This document shows, in pieces, positions 34,074 through 43,703 of a stretch of DNA of 64,000 nucleotides; positions within the stretch are counted from its first letter, which is position 1; each line of letters opens with the position of its first letter. The notes beneath the pieces are model-generated. The model saw only the letters and a list, made by a program, of their open reading frames with translations. It did not search any database and was not told the DNA's origin. This DNA comes from Candidatus Schekmanbacteria bacterium. Lineage in GTDB: Bacteria; CSSED10-310; JACPHN01. The translations under genes and the position numbers were made by a program. Location: the NCBI GenBank assembly GCA_016188575.1, contig JACPHN010000228.1, positions 35,961-99,960 on the forward strand, given 5' to 3'.

Positions 34074-35930
34074 TTATCGAGCTTCTTGTGACCTCTCCTC
34101 CTGCTCGGGGGCCACAGGCAGCACAACGCGGAAGGTGGCGCCGAGCCCCGGGCTGCTCTCCACCTCCAGATGACCGCCAAGCTGATCGGCGATCTGGTGA
34201 CAGACAAATAGACCTAGCCCGGTCCCCTCTCCGGGCGGCTTTGTCGTGAAGAAGGGGTCGAACACAATCGGCAGTTGCGCAGCGGGAATCCCCGGCCCCG
34301 TGTCGGTGAAACTGATTGAAACACTGCCCGCGCGATCGGACATGGCGGGCTCGGAGCCTTTGCTCACGGTGATCGTGAGAGCCCCCGTTCCGCCCATCGC
34401 CTGTCCCGCGTTCAAGATGATGTTGGTGAATATCTGATGAAGCTGAATAGCGTCTGCCAACACCTCCGGCCCCCGCTCGCCGCACGAGATGCTGACAGAA
34501 ACGTGGCGCAGGGCCTTGTCGGCCGTAGTCAATGCCAGTGCCTCCCGCAGCACCGCCCCGACGGCCACCGGGCGAATGTCAGGCTGCGTGCTTCGGGTGA
34601 ACGCGAGCAGTTTCCGCACGGTGGCGGCAATACGGGTCAGGCCGCCGATGATCAGCTCCATGTCGTCGCGTTCCATCGACTCGTCAGCAGCCACCAGCTC
34701 CTGGAGATACCCGAGAATGCCGCCGAGCGGGCTATTGATTTCGTGGGCGATCCCTGCCGCGAGTCGGCCCACCGAGGCGAGCTTCTCGGTCCGCACGAGC
34801 ACGGCGTTGGTCTGCCGTAGCCGCTGATTGGCCGAGCGCAGCTCGGACGCCGTCCGGTCGAGTCCTTCGATCTTCTCCCCGAGCTCCCGTGCCATGTCGT
34901 TGAACGCCTTGGTGAGAATAAAGAACTCATCCCGCCTGTCCACGGCGATGCGATGCTCCAGGTGCCCCGCGCGGAGCCGCTCGGCGGCGACCACGAGGCG
35001 ATCGAGCGGTCGCAGCAGGTGCTTGGCCGTCAGAAAAGAGGCCAGCGTGACCAGGATTCCGAGGGCGGCGCCAACCAATACCAAGGTGCGGCGCGTCCGG
35101 GTGCGGATTGCTTCGGCTGGCTCACGCGAGATGGCGACACCCAGTATCGCGGACGGGTGCGGCAGGGAATGTGGAAGCGCCGCCGCGCTGACTGCATGAG
35201 AGATCCCCTCGATGTGTACTTCCGCGACACGTGTCAGGGAAGCGGCGTCTGGCGCTTCGCTCTGTACCAGCAGAGCCTCCGCGAGCTCCTCGACCCCACC
35301 TGGAATCGTGGAGATCGGGGCAATGTCCTTGCCAAGCACAAAAAGCTCCCCGCCAAGGAGCTTTTTCATCTCCGCGACAAATGTCGCGTCAATAACGCGG
35401 CTGGCGACTACCGTCGCGTAGGGGCTGGTGTCGCCGACCGCCACGCCGGCCTTCTGGATGAGCAACCCGCCTTTTGTCCGCAGCGCGAACCTGGTGCCTT
35501 TCCGCGCCAGTGAGCTGGGGATGATCTCGTCTTGCGCATCGGTCCTGGCTGCCGGTTGCGACGGGAAGGACCTCTTGAGCAGCACGCCGGAAGGGTCGAA
35601 CACCTCCAGGCAGTCCAGACCCAGGTCAGCCCGGTAGCGCGCGAGCAACCTGTCGAGCAATGCCTCATTATGGTCGAGAATCGCCACGCGCAACTCGTGC
35701 ACGCCGGCAAGAAGCGTCACGGCCGTTCCCAGCCGCTCGTCGCCCTGCGCAAAAAGCCGGACAGCCGCTGCTTGGAGCTGCTGGCGCCGAACATCGATCT
35801 CTTCGTCCAGCCTCCCCGACACGACGCTGATCGCTGCGGTCGTGGTAAACAGAATGGCGACAACGACCACTGCTTCGGTCAGGAGCAGCAGCTTGGTCCA
35901 GATGCGAAGATCAGGTTTGGTAAGGTGCAT
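34074..35930 (-). CDS. Sensor histidine kinase (N-terminal TM helix, periplasmic sensor, second TM helix/HAMP, HisKA, HATPase_c)
   Basis: AAGIAHEINSPLGGILGYLQ is the H-box and GTGLGLFVCHQIADQLGG is the G2 box. It is convergent with the response-regulator gene. Confidence 0.9.
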   Translation of the reverse strand: MHLTKPDLRIWTKLLLLTEAVVVVAILFTTTAAISVVSGRLDEEIDVRRQQLQAAAVRLFAQGDERLGTAVTLLAGVHELRVAILDHNEALLDRLLARYRADLGLDCLEVFDPSGVLLKRSFPSQPAARTDAQDEIIPSSLARKGTRFALRTKGGLLIQKAGVAVGDTSPYATVVASRVIDATFVAEMKKLLGGELFVLGKDIAPISTIPGGVEELAEALLVQSEAPDAASLTRVAEVHIEGISHAVSAAALPHSLPHPSAILGVAISREPAEAIRTRTRRTLVLVGAALGILVTLASFLTAKHLLRPLDRLVVAAERLRAGHLEHRIAVDRRDEFFILTKAFNDMARELGEKIEGLDRTASELRSANQRLRQTNAVLVRTEKLASVGRLAAGIAHEINSPLGGILGYLQELVAADESMERDDMELIIGGLTRIAATVRKLLAFTRSTQPDIRPVAVGAVLREALALTTADKALRHVSVSISCGERGPEVLADAIQLHQIFTNIILNAGQAMGGTGALTITVSKGSEPAMSDRAGSVSISFTDTGPGIPAAQLPIVFDPFFTTKPPGEGTGLGLFVCHQIADQLGGHLEVESSPGLGATFRVVLPVAPEQEERSQEAR

Positions 35931-35985
35931 GAGAGCTACTCAGGTCGCAGCGCTTGGGCCGTTAGACTGCGCGCGGCTGCTCACG

Positions 35986-37887
35986 TCAGCGGACGGTTAG
36001 AACCGAGTTTTGGCCGCCGAATGGGTCCGGTTTGAACCGATCCGCCTTGATGTCGGAGAGCCACATGACGTCATTGACGACAAACTTGTACTCATATTCA
36101 CCCGGGACCACGTGCAAGGTGATGCGCCACGATCCGTCGCTTGCCGGCCCGGCGAGCTGATGCGAGAGCCTGTTCCAGCCGTTCATGGACCCGGCCACTG
36201 CGACGCAGCGCAGCCGCGGCGGCCGAAAGCGAAACACGAGCGGACCGGATCCGCCCTCAGGAATCACGACGACGCTGCTTTTCCCGCGATCCACTTCAAC
36301 ATACTTCGCGGTCCCTAGCTCCACCCTCTCAAAGGCTGCGGACAGCGGGTCTGCGAACCAATTTGTTTCGTCCACCAGGAAATTATAACGATATCGCCCC
36401 GGAGGAACATCGATGGAGACCGTCCAGACGCCGTCGCCGTCGAGGTCCTCCAGTAGATGAGATACCTTGTTCCAGTGGTTGAAGTCTCCGACGAGCGCAA
36501 TCGTGGACGGGCGGTAGACGACAAACCCGCCATCGGCGTCAGCTTCGAAGTAGTCCGCGGGTTGAAAGCGCAGCTCCACGGGAGTCCGGGGAACCGATCG
36601 CCCGACGAAGATGACCCCGTTGTGACCGCCAAAACCGTCGTTGACGTAGGCATCCGCCTCGGGGTCGGCCATCCACACGTGACCATCGAGAACAAACTTG
36701 TAGGGGTAGTCACCCGCTGGAAGGTCGATGGTGAGGATCCACAGCCCGTCTGCACCGCCGTCCTTGAGCAAATAGGCTTCATCCTGCTTGAAGGCGCCGT
36801 GCTCGGTGTTCGCCCAGCCGTTGAAGCTCCCCGCAAGCTGCACGGATTGGGTCCCTGCAGGGGGGCGGAACCGAAAGGTGACCGGGATCCTGGCGGATTC
36901 CCGTGGTGCGTCCTCGTCGCCAGGGGCCAGATCCTTTTCTATCCGAGCGAGTAGCGTCTGCAGGTGCGCAAAAAGGGGATCGGTCGGAAACGTTGCAAAG
37001 GAGAATAGGCGCCACCGCGCCTTCGATCCGCTGATGCGCAGGACCGAGGCGCGCCCTCCGAGGAGGATCTCATCCTCGGCGGCGCTGGGGTCGGAAAACC
37101 AGTCGTTCCCATTGACGAGGAACTTGTAGTGATATGTGCCAGGTTCAAGGTGAAGCCGTGTGGTCCAGACTCCGTCATTATCTCGGTCTTCCATCGCATT
37201 TGCCGTGCGATCCCACTCGCCCTTGTGCCCAAGTGAAAAGCTCCCGACGAGAAAGACGCTGCGAATGGGGCAGAGAGAAATGGCGCGCGTCAACGTTGCG
37301 CGTGCGGCAAGGGGATCGTTTAGGTGTAGCTGCGCGCTGGCGAGGCGCTCGTAGACGTTCAGCCAGGAAGGGCGGTCGAGCAACAAGGAAGCAAACGCTG
37401 CTGCCGCCTCCTGCCATCGCCCGCTCGCGAGAGCGGCATCTGCCGTCTCGAAGCGATCGAGGTCGGCGGCCAGACGATCGACATCGTCGGCTGCGGGCTC
37501 GAGAGCGCGGGCGTTGGCGCAGGCATGACGCGCTGCCTGGACATTTCCGCGGGCCGCCTCGAGCTCGGCCAGTAGCTTCGTGGCGCTGCTGCGGTCGACG
37601 GCAGCGCCGCGCGGAATCAGCCGCATCGCCCGCGTAACCGCGTCGATGGCGCGGTTCAGGAGGTGGGCGTCGCCGTAGATACGGGCGAGCAGAAGCGCTG
37701 GGTAATGCCAGTTCGGCGCAGTGCGGATGGCGGCGTTGAGCTCTTCTGCGGCTTCACCATAGCGCCTTGCCTGATGCAGAACGATGGCACGCTCGACGCT
37801 CCGCTCCGCGTCGTCATGGGGGCGGGCGCCGATCAGTAGCGCAGTGCAGAAAATCAGAACGCGAAGCGAACGCTGCGAGCGCGTCAT
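35986..37887 (-). CDS. Secreted TPR-repeat protein with four tandem CBM48 / AMPK-beta glycogen-binding-like (E-set) domains (~633 aa)
   Basis: MTRSQRSLRVLIFCTALLIGA is signal-peptide-like. An N-terminal TPR region is followed by four units such as VFLVGSFSLGHKGEWDRTANAMEDRDNDGVWTTRLHLEPGTYHYKFLVNGNDWFSDP. Confidence 0.75.
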   Translation of the reverse strand: MTRSQRSLRVLIFCTALLIGARPHDDAERSVERAIVLHQARRYGEAAEELNAAIRTAPNWHYPALLLARIYGDAHLLNRAIDAVTRAMRLIPRGAAVDRSSATKLLAELEAARGNVQAARHACANARALEPAADDVDRLAADLDRFETADAALASGRWQEAAAAFASLLLDRPSWLNVYERLASAQLHLNDPLAARATLTRAISLCPIRSVFLVGSFSLGHKGEWDRTANAMEDRDNDGVWTTRLHLEPGTYHYKFLVNGNDWFSDPSAAEDEILLGGRASVLRISGSKARWRLFSFATFPTDPLFAHLQTLLARIEKDLAPGDEDAPRESARIPVTFRFRPPAGTQSVQLAGSFNGWANTEHGAFKQDEAYLLKDGGADGLWILTIDLPAGDYPYKFVLDGHVWMADPEADAYVNDGFGGHNGVIFVGRSVPRTPVELRFQPADYFEADADGGFVVYRPSTIALVGDFNHWNKVSHLLEDLDGDGVWTVSIDVPPGRYRYNFLVDETNWFADPLSAAFERVELGTAKYVEVDRGKSSVVVIPEGGSGPLVFRFRPPRLRCVAVAGSMNGWNRLSHQLAGPASDGSWRITLHVVPGEYEYKFVVNDVMWLSDIKADRFKPDPFGGQNSVLTVR

Positions 37888-38461
37888 GCTGCCGGATGCA
37901 ACTGGCGCACCAAATAGGTAGCGCGGCATCTCTTGCCCTCGAGCACAGGTGTACATTCTCGACATCGCGCCCACGCAGGTTTCTGGTGCAACGGCGGCGC
38001 GGTCAGCTTGTACCGACGAGCAAAAGGCTTTCCTCCGTCGCTTCCGTCATACCCACCCTCTATCACTCGTGCGCCGAGCTGACAAGTCCGCAGCGCCTAT
38101 CCCATTTTATCCCGTGCCCAAACGATTCCAGTCGCCGGGCCCGTGGGCGCGCAAACAAGATCATGGTATTCCCCCCTCGGGTATCCCGTGGCCGACTGAC
38201 TGTGGGCCGCGCGCGCTCTGCCAGGTTTTCGGCAGCGCGTGTCCCGCGCGACGCGGCCTGAAGAACCCGACGTTGTCCACATCGGCTGACGTTCCTGGCA
38301 CAGCGCGTGACTTCTCGTGCACAATTCTATTTGTCCGTCGTGCGGGCTCCTGGGGAAGAAGCGCTTATTGCCGCGTTCGCGCGCGATCAGAATGGATGGC
38401 GCGATTTTTGCTAGATGCAAGGTGCCACGCCTGACCACCGTCCTCTGCGTTGGAGTATACC

Positions 38462-40894
38462 ATGTCCCGCACCGCTCGCTACCTCAGCAGCATCGCCTGT
38501 GCGCCAGTCCTCCCCATCGTCGCCATCGCGGCCGCACTGCTGGTGTCCTCGCCGCCCCTGCTGCATGCCGCTGCGGCCGACAACAACGTTGAGTGGGACG
38601 GACTCTTCAGCGATCAGTCTGCGAACTTCATGACCCCAACCGAACCCAGCGCGAGTGACAACATAACGGTTCGGCTCCGGGCGTTTCGCAACGACCTGAC
38701 CGCGGCTGCGGTCCGCTACTGGGACGGTGCCGAGCGCTTTGTGAGCATGACAAAGACGTCAACGGACACCGTCTACGACTACTACAGTGGCGTGATCCCG
38801 GCGCACAGCGAGACGATCTGGTACCGGTTCCGTATTACGGACGGTAGCAAGAGCGCCTGGTACAATCCGCTCGGCCCCTCGGATGCCGAGCCGTCGTCGC
38901 GCGATTTCCAAATCATCCCGGGCCTCAGCACTCCCGACTGGCTCAAGAATGGCGTGATCTATCAGATCTTCGTAGACCGTTTCTTCGACGGCGACTCCGG
39001 CAATAATGTCGGGGCGAACGAGTATTCGCTCGGTGTTCACTGGGACGGCGACCACCAGGGAGATCCGGCGCGGGCGTACACGCACTCGAGCTGGTCTCAC
39101 CAGCCGGATAATGCCCTGAAGCACCTGGCAAATGCCGGCACAGATCCCGGCGCACCGCAGGACGAAGGTCTCGGCCGCATGACCTATGCCGCCAATGTCG
39201 ACTTCTTCGGCGGCGACCTCGCCGGCGTCGCGGCGAAGCTCGACTATCTGCAGGACCTCGGCGTCACCGTGCTGTACCTCAATCCGATTTTTGCCTCGCC
39301 CAGCAATCACAAGTACGACACCATGGATTTCCGCATCGTCGATCCCCACTTTGGAGGCAACGCCGCGCTCCACGACCTGATCGACGCAGCGCATGGACGT
39401 GGCATGAAAGTCGTCATCGACGGCGTCTTCAACCACACCGGGCACTGGCACCGCTGGCTGAATCGGCGTGATGGCGATGAGGCGCTCGCCACGGGCGACT
39501 ATGCCCCCTACGCGGAGGACGGTGCCTTCCAGGCGGTCGAGACTGGGCAGTTTTCCGTCAGCAGTGACGGCGTCGCCGCTTCCACGGTCAATGCCGCCGT
39601 GGACCGCTATACCTTCCGGGACATGGAGACCTATACCGCGGCCTGTCAGAGCCCGCTACCCAAGAATGGCGTCATCGAGGCTGACGAATACTTCTCGTGG
39701 TGGGGATTTTCGTCACTTCCCAAGATCAACTATGACGCAGACTCAAACGGCGATGGCATGGAGGAGCTCCGATACTGGCTCTACGGCGGTCCGAATGGCA
39801 TCGGCAACCTTGGCGAATCTGCCTCCGGAACCGTGATCGCGGGGAGCATCGCCGAGGAAGTCGGCACCACCAAGCCGATTGCGCGGCTATGGATCGAGGA
39901 CTTCGGCGTCGACGGTTGGCGGCTCGACGTTCCGAACGACGCGGGCGGGCGCAGCGCGGGGTACCCCACGTCGAACGACCACGCGATTTGGAAAGGCTTC
40001 CGCAAGGCAGTCAGGAACGCGCGCCTGGACACGTACATCTTTGGCGAGCTGTGGACAGAAAGCGATGTCGCTCCCTACCTCGACAACGGTGACGAGTTCG
40101 ACGCCGTCATGAACTACCACGGCTTCGCCGATCCCGTATCGCTGTGGGTCAATGGTCAAAACACGGCAGCCGAAAAGACCACTACCGACCTCGGCCAGGC
40201 GGACATCATGACTGTCGACCAGTTGGACTCGTGGCTTTCAGGAACGCGGGCGAGCTTCGCAGGTCCAATCGTCTATGCGATGGACAATCTGCTCGATAGC
40301 CACGATTCTCCGCGGTTCCTGCGCCGGACCAAGGCGCACAAGATTCTCAAGGGATGGAAAGAGGGCTCATGCGGATTCTATTCCAACCCCGACTTCTATG
40401 ATGGCAGTGGAGAAGACGTGTGGAAGCTGAAGCTGGCACTGTTCCTACAAATGAGCTACGTTGGCGCGCCTTCGCTGTTCTATGGCGATGAAGTCGGGCT
40501 TTCCGGAGCCGACGATCCCTCGTGCCGGCAGCCCTTCAACTGGAACTATGGCCAGCAAAGCTGGCGCGTGGAGCTTCGCGATCTGGTCAAGAAGCTTATT
40601 GCCGCTCGCAAGCAATATTCGGCGCTGCGAACGGGCTCGATGATGACCTTGTATCGGCACAACGACAATCAGATATACGCGTTCGGCCGCTGGGACAGCG
40701 GTGCTCGCATCACGGTTGTGCTGAATAACTCGAGCTACGCGCAAGACGTGTCGGTTCCGGTGTGGAAACTCGCCATTCCCGACGGCAACAACGTGCTGGA
40801 AGATGCGCTAACGGGGGCGCGGCTGACGGTCGCCTCCGGACATGCTACGGTGCATGTCGATGGCCACTTTGGAGCGCTGCTGGTAAACCGCTGA
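38462..40894 (+). CDS. GH13 alpha-amylase-family glycoside hydrolase (neopullulanase/cyclomaltodextrinase-like) with an N-terminal accessory domain
   Basis: The conserved GH13 regions are present: DGVFNH (I), GWRLDVPND (II), FGELW (III) and LLDSHD (IV). The start MSRTARYL has a GGAG site upstream. Confidence 0.9.
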   Translation: MSRTARYLSSIACAPVLPIVAIAAALLVSSPPLLHAAAADNNVEWDGLFSDQSANFMTPTEPSASDNITVRLRAFRNDLTAAAVRYWDGAERFVSMTKTSTDTVYDYYSGVIPAHSETIWYRFRITDGSKSAWYNPLGPSDAEPSSRDFQIIPGLSTPDWLKNGVIYQIFVDRFFDGDSGNNVGANEYSLGVHWDGDHQGDPARAYTHSSWSHQPDNALKHLANAGTDPGAPQDEGLGRMTYAANVDFFGGDLAGVAAKLDYLQDLGVTVLYLNPIFASPSNHKYDTMDFRIVDPHFGGNAALHDLIDAAHGRGMKVVIDGVFNHTGHWHRWLNRRDGDEALATGDYAPYAEDGAFQAVETGQFSVSSDGVAASTVNAAVDRYTFRDMETYTAACQSPLPKNGVIEADEYFSWWGFSSLPKINYDADSNGDGMEELRYWLYGGPNGIGNLGESASGTVIAGSIAEEVGTTKPIARLWIEDFGVDGWRLDVPNDAGGRSAGYPTSNDHAIWKGFRKAVRNARLDTYIFGELWTESDVAPYLDNGDEFDAVMNYHGFADPVSLWVNGQNTAAEKTTTDLGQADIMTVDQLDSWLSGTRASFAGPIVYAMDNLLDSHDSPRFLRRTKAHKILKGWKEGSCGFYSNPDFYDGSGEDVWKLKLALFLQMSYVGAPSLFYGDEVGLSGADDPSCRQPFNWNYGQQSWRVELRDLVKKLIAARKQYSALRTGSMMTLYRHNDNQIYAFGRWDSGARITVVLNNSSYAQDVSVPVWKLAIPDGNNVLEDALTGARLTVASGHATVHVDGHFGALLVNR

Positions 40895-41163
40895 GAAGCG
40901 GGCAGCGAGACTGGGGCGAGCGCCTCAGTACCGGACGGACGGGTTCGCGCAGGTCTCGCCGCCACCTCAGTGGCGGCCGAGGTCGAAGAACACGCGCGCG
41001 CCGGCGGCGAGAAAGAGCGAGAACCTCACCGCGGCGAGCAACGTGAGCAATGCGGAAGGTCGCGGTCTCCGGTGCGCACTTGACCGCGGCGCGCTCGCCG
41101 TCGCCGCCAGCGGCACTACTGGCAGCGGCGAGCGGCATCGCCAGAGCCGGCCCGCGTACTAGC

Positions 41164-41616
41164 TCAACCGACCTGCTCGGCTTCGTCAAACGCCGGGAAC
41201 GATGAGGCATAGCGGTCTATCCACTCCCGCGCTGCTTCCTCCGTGCTCAGCTCCCGGCCCTCGGTGATGCTCATCTCAGCCTTGTAGTGCATGATGTGGC
41301 AAAGTTGCTCGAGCAAGCGGACGCGAAAAAGATCCTGCTCCTCAACAAAGGCGACGCCGATGTGGCACGTGCCTTCCCGCTCGCGGCACCAGGCGATCTT
41401 TCCCCGAGCCTGGAAGCGAGGCGAAACGATCGGGAACCGGACTTTCACACAGGTTCCGGGCGCGACGGCGTTCGCCGACATATAGCACAGTCCCCCCAGA
41501 CTGATGTTTTGGAGTCGCTCTCGCCGTGTTCCCGTTTCGCTTTCCGCGGAAACGTCGATGGGAACATCAGATGGATGGCGAATGAACTTCCTCATGTCCT
41601 CTACTTTTCGCCACAT
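41164..41616 (-). CDS. PilZ-domain protein (c-di-GMP receptor-like), ~143-150 aa
   Basis: RRERLQNISLGGLCY matches the PilZ RxxxR...(D/N)xSxGG pattern. The start is either 41616 or the MRKF at 41595. Confidence 0.6.
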   Translation of the reverse strand: MWRKVEDMRKFIRHPSDVPIDVSAESETGTRRERLQNISLGGLCYMSANAVAPGTCVKVRFPIVSPRFQARGKIAWCREREGTCHIGVAFVEEQDLFRVRLLEQLCHIMHYKAEMSITEGRELSTEEAAREWIDRYASSFPAFDEAEQVG

Positions 41617-41649
41617 GGTTTGTTATCGGCTCGGTTGTATTCCGCCGAC

Positions 41650-42606
41650 CTAATTCTTTCCTTCAATGTGACTCAAGAATTCTCCTTGCGTCGACATGAG
41701 CAGATACGTGTTTTCGTCGATAGTCTGTTGATAAGTCTCCATAGTCTTGTAGAAAGAGAAAAATTCGGGATCGGCGCTATAGGCGTCCGCGTAGATTTTC
41801 GCGGCCTCAGCGTCAGCCTTGCCCTTGACCTCCTGAGCCTGTGCGTAGGCCTCCGAGGTAATTCGCTTTAGCTCCCGGTCCCGGTCGCCGTTGATCTTCG
41901 CAGACTCGCCGGCGCCTTCGGAGCGGAACTGTTCAGCGATCCGCTTGCGCTCCGAGATCATGCGGGCGTACACCTCGGCGCGCACATCCTCCACGTAGTT
42001 GATGCGCTTGAATTTGAAGTCCAGGACTTCAATCCCGAGGTCCGATTCTTTGATGCGCGCGCCAGCCTTCTCCAGAACGAGAGCCGCCAGTCGATCGCGT
42101 CCCACCTGCACGCGCTCAGCGGCGGCGTCGGGTTCGGCCTGTGCACCACCGACGTGTTGATCCTCGGAGATGGCAAACTCGCGGTTCGAGCTGCGGACGA
42201 CCTCGATGAGGTCATGTCCGGCGATCACATTGCGCGTTTCACCGTCGAGAATGTCATCCAGTCGTGAGCGCGCCCCGGACTCGTCCCTGAGTCGGGTGAA
42301 GAACTGGAAGGCGTCGGATATCCGCCAGCGCGCATACGTATCGACGTACACGAAGCGCTTGTCCCGCGTGGGGACCTGATTGCGCTCCCCATCCCACTCC
42401 AGAAACCGTTTTTCGAAGCGATGAACGACCTGTATCACGGGGATCTTGAAATACAGACCCGGCTTCGTGGTCACCGTGTCACCGACGCGCTCGCCGAATT
42501 GAGTAACAAAGACCTGGTCGGCCTCGGTGACAATGTAGGCGCTGGCGCTGAAGCCCAGGATGGCAATTACCGCGCAGATCGCGACGACGATCAGAGTGTT
42601 TTTCAT
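41650..42606 (-). CDS. hflC: SPFH/band-7 membrane protease modulator HflC
   Basis: An N-terminal TM helix is followed by an SPFH domain. Its start overlaps the hflK stop as ATGA. The local GC content is lower than the window average. Confidence 0.85.
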   Translation of the reverse strand: MKNTLIVVAICAVIAILGFSASAYIVTEADQVFVTQFGERVGDTVTTKPGLYFKIPVIQVVHRFEKRFLEWDGERNQVPTRDKRFVYVDTYARWRISDAFQFFTRLRDESGARSRLDDILDGETRNVIAGHDLIEVVRSSNREFAISEDQHVGGAQAEPDAAAERVQVGRDRLAALVLEKAGARIKESDLGIEVLDFKFKRINYVEDVRAEVYARMISERKRIAEQFRSEGAGESAKINGDRDRELKRITSEAYAQAQEVKGKADAEAAKIYADAYSADPEFFSFYKTMETYQQTIDENTYLLMSTQGEFLSHIEGKN

Positions 42607-43586
42607 GGCTTGACTCCCTCCAAGTTCAGGAGCGGGAGCACACTTTTGATGTCATCATCGACGATGATCTTGTGCTTGACTCGTGGGAAGATCTCCGCCA
42701 TCGTCTCGAGGTAGATCCGCTTGCGCGTGACGTCAGGGGCGGAGCGGTATTCCTGCCAGAGGGCGCGGAAACGGTCGGCATCACCTCGCGCTCGATTTAC
42801 CCGGTCCAGTGCGTATCCCTGAGACTGGGCGATCGTTTCCTGAGCTTGCCCCTTGGCCTTGGGGATAATGCGGTTGAACTCTGCCTTGGCTTCGTTTATC
42901 ATCCGCTCCCGCTCCTGTTGGGCCTGGTTGACTTCGTTGAATGACGGCTTTACTTTATCCGGAGGCGTAACGTTCTGCAATACTATTTGTTCTACATGGA
43001 GCCCATTCTGGTACTGATCACAGAGGTTTTGTAGTTTTTTTGCTACCTCGTCGGAAATCTGCTGTCTCCCCACTGTTAGTACTTCATTGACACTGTGATC
43101 ACCGATGACTTGACGCATTACGGCCTCGTTCATGTCACGGAACGTAGAAACAGCATTACGTACCTTGAATAGGTATGCGCGCTCATCACTGATTCTGTAC
43201 TGCGTAATCCACTCAACAACAGCGACATTGAGATCTCCTGTAAGCAAGAGCGATTCGTCGCTGAAGTCCTTGTTGGAATAGACAGTGCGTCCTCCCGCAG
43301 CCTGTAGTGTGCGAAAGCCGAACTCCTCCTTGAGCTGGCGCTGAACGGGGACTTTTCGGACCGTCTCGATTGGAATGGGCAACTTGAAGTGGAGACCCGG
43401 CTGCAGAGTGCGGTGGTAGCGCCCAAACTGCAGGATCACGGCGACTTCTTCAGGTTCGACCGTAAACCAGATGCTCGTCGACAGCGATAGTACGAAGAGC
43501 GCCACCGCGACCTTGAGATACAGCGAAAGCCGCTTTCTCGCGTTTGGCTTGGGGAGCGCGCTGAGCTTGAAGTCACTGGGATTCAC
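42603..43586 (-). CDS. hflK: SPFH/band-7 membrane protease modulator HflK
   Basis: A TM helix is followed by an SPFH domain (VAVILQFGRYHRTLQPGLHFKLPIPIE). The start is GTG, with a GGGGAGGG ribosome-binding site. Confidence 0.85.
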   Translation of the reverse strand: MNPSDFKLSALPKPNARKRLSLYLKVAVALFVLSLSTSIWFTVEPEEVAVILQFGRYHRTLQPGLHFKLPIPIETVRKVPVQRQLKEEFGFRTLQAAGGRTVYSNKDFSDESLLLTGDLNVAVVEWITQYRISDERAYLFKVRNAVSTFRDMNEAVMRQVIGDHSVNEVLTVGRQQISDEVAKKLQNLCDQYQNGLHVEQIVLQNVTPPDKVKPSFNEVNQAQQERERMINEAKAEFNRIIPKAKGQAQETIAQSQGYALDRVNRARGDADRFRALWQEYRSAPDVTRKRIYLETMAEIFPRVKHKIIVDDDIKSVLPLLNLEGVKP

Positions 43587-43703
43587 GATGTCCCTCCCCG
43601 AATAGGTTCGCCCCGCGGATGTTTCGCGGTGTCCATGGCAAGTCTAGCAGCGCCACGCTCGTGGCGTCAAATGCGATGCGACTTGACCGTAAGCAGTGCG
43701 ACA

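Noticed and set aside
38415-38440. Possible sigma-54 element (TGGCACcTTGCA on the minus strand) upstream of the CBM48 gene
   Set aside because: The GG-to-GC spacing is 8 rather than 12 bp, so it is incompatible with the -24/-12 geometry.
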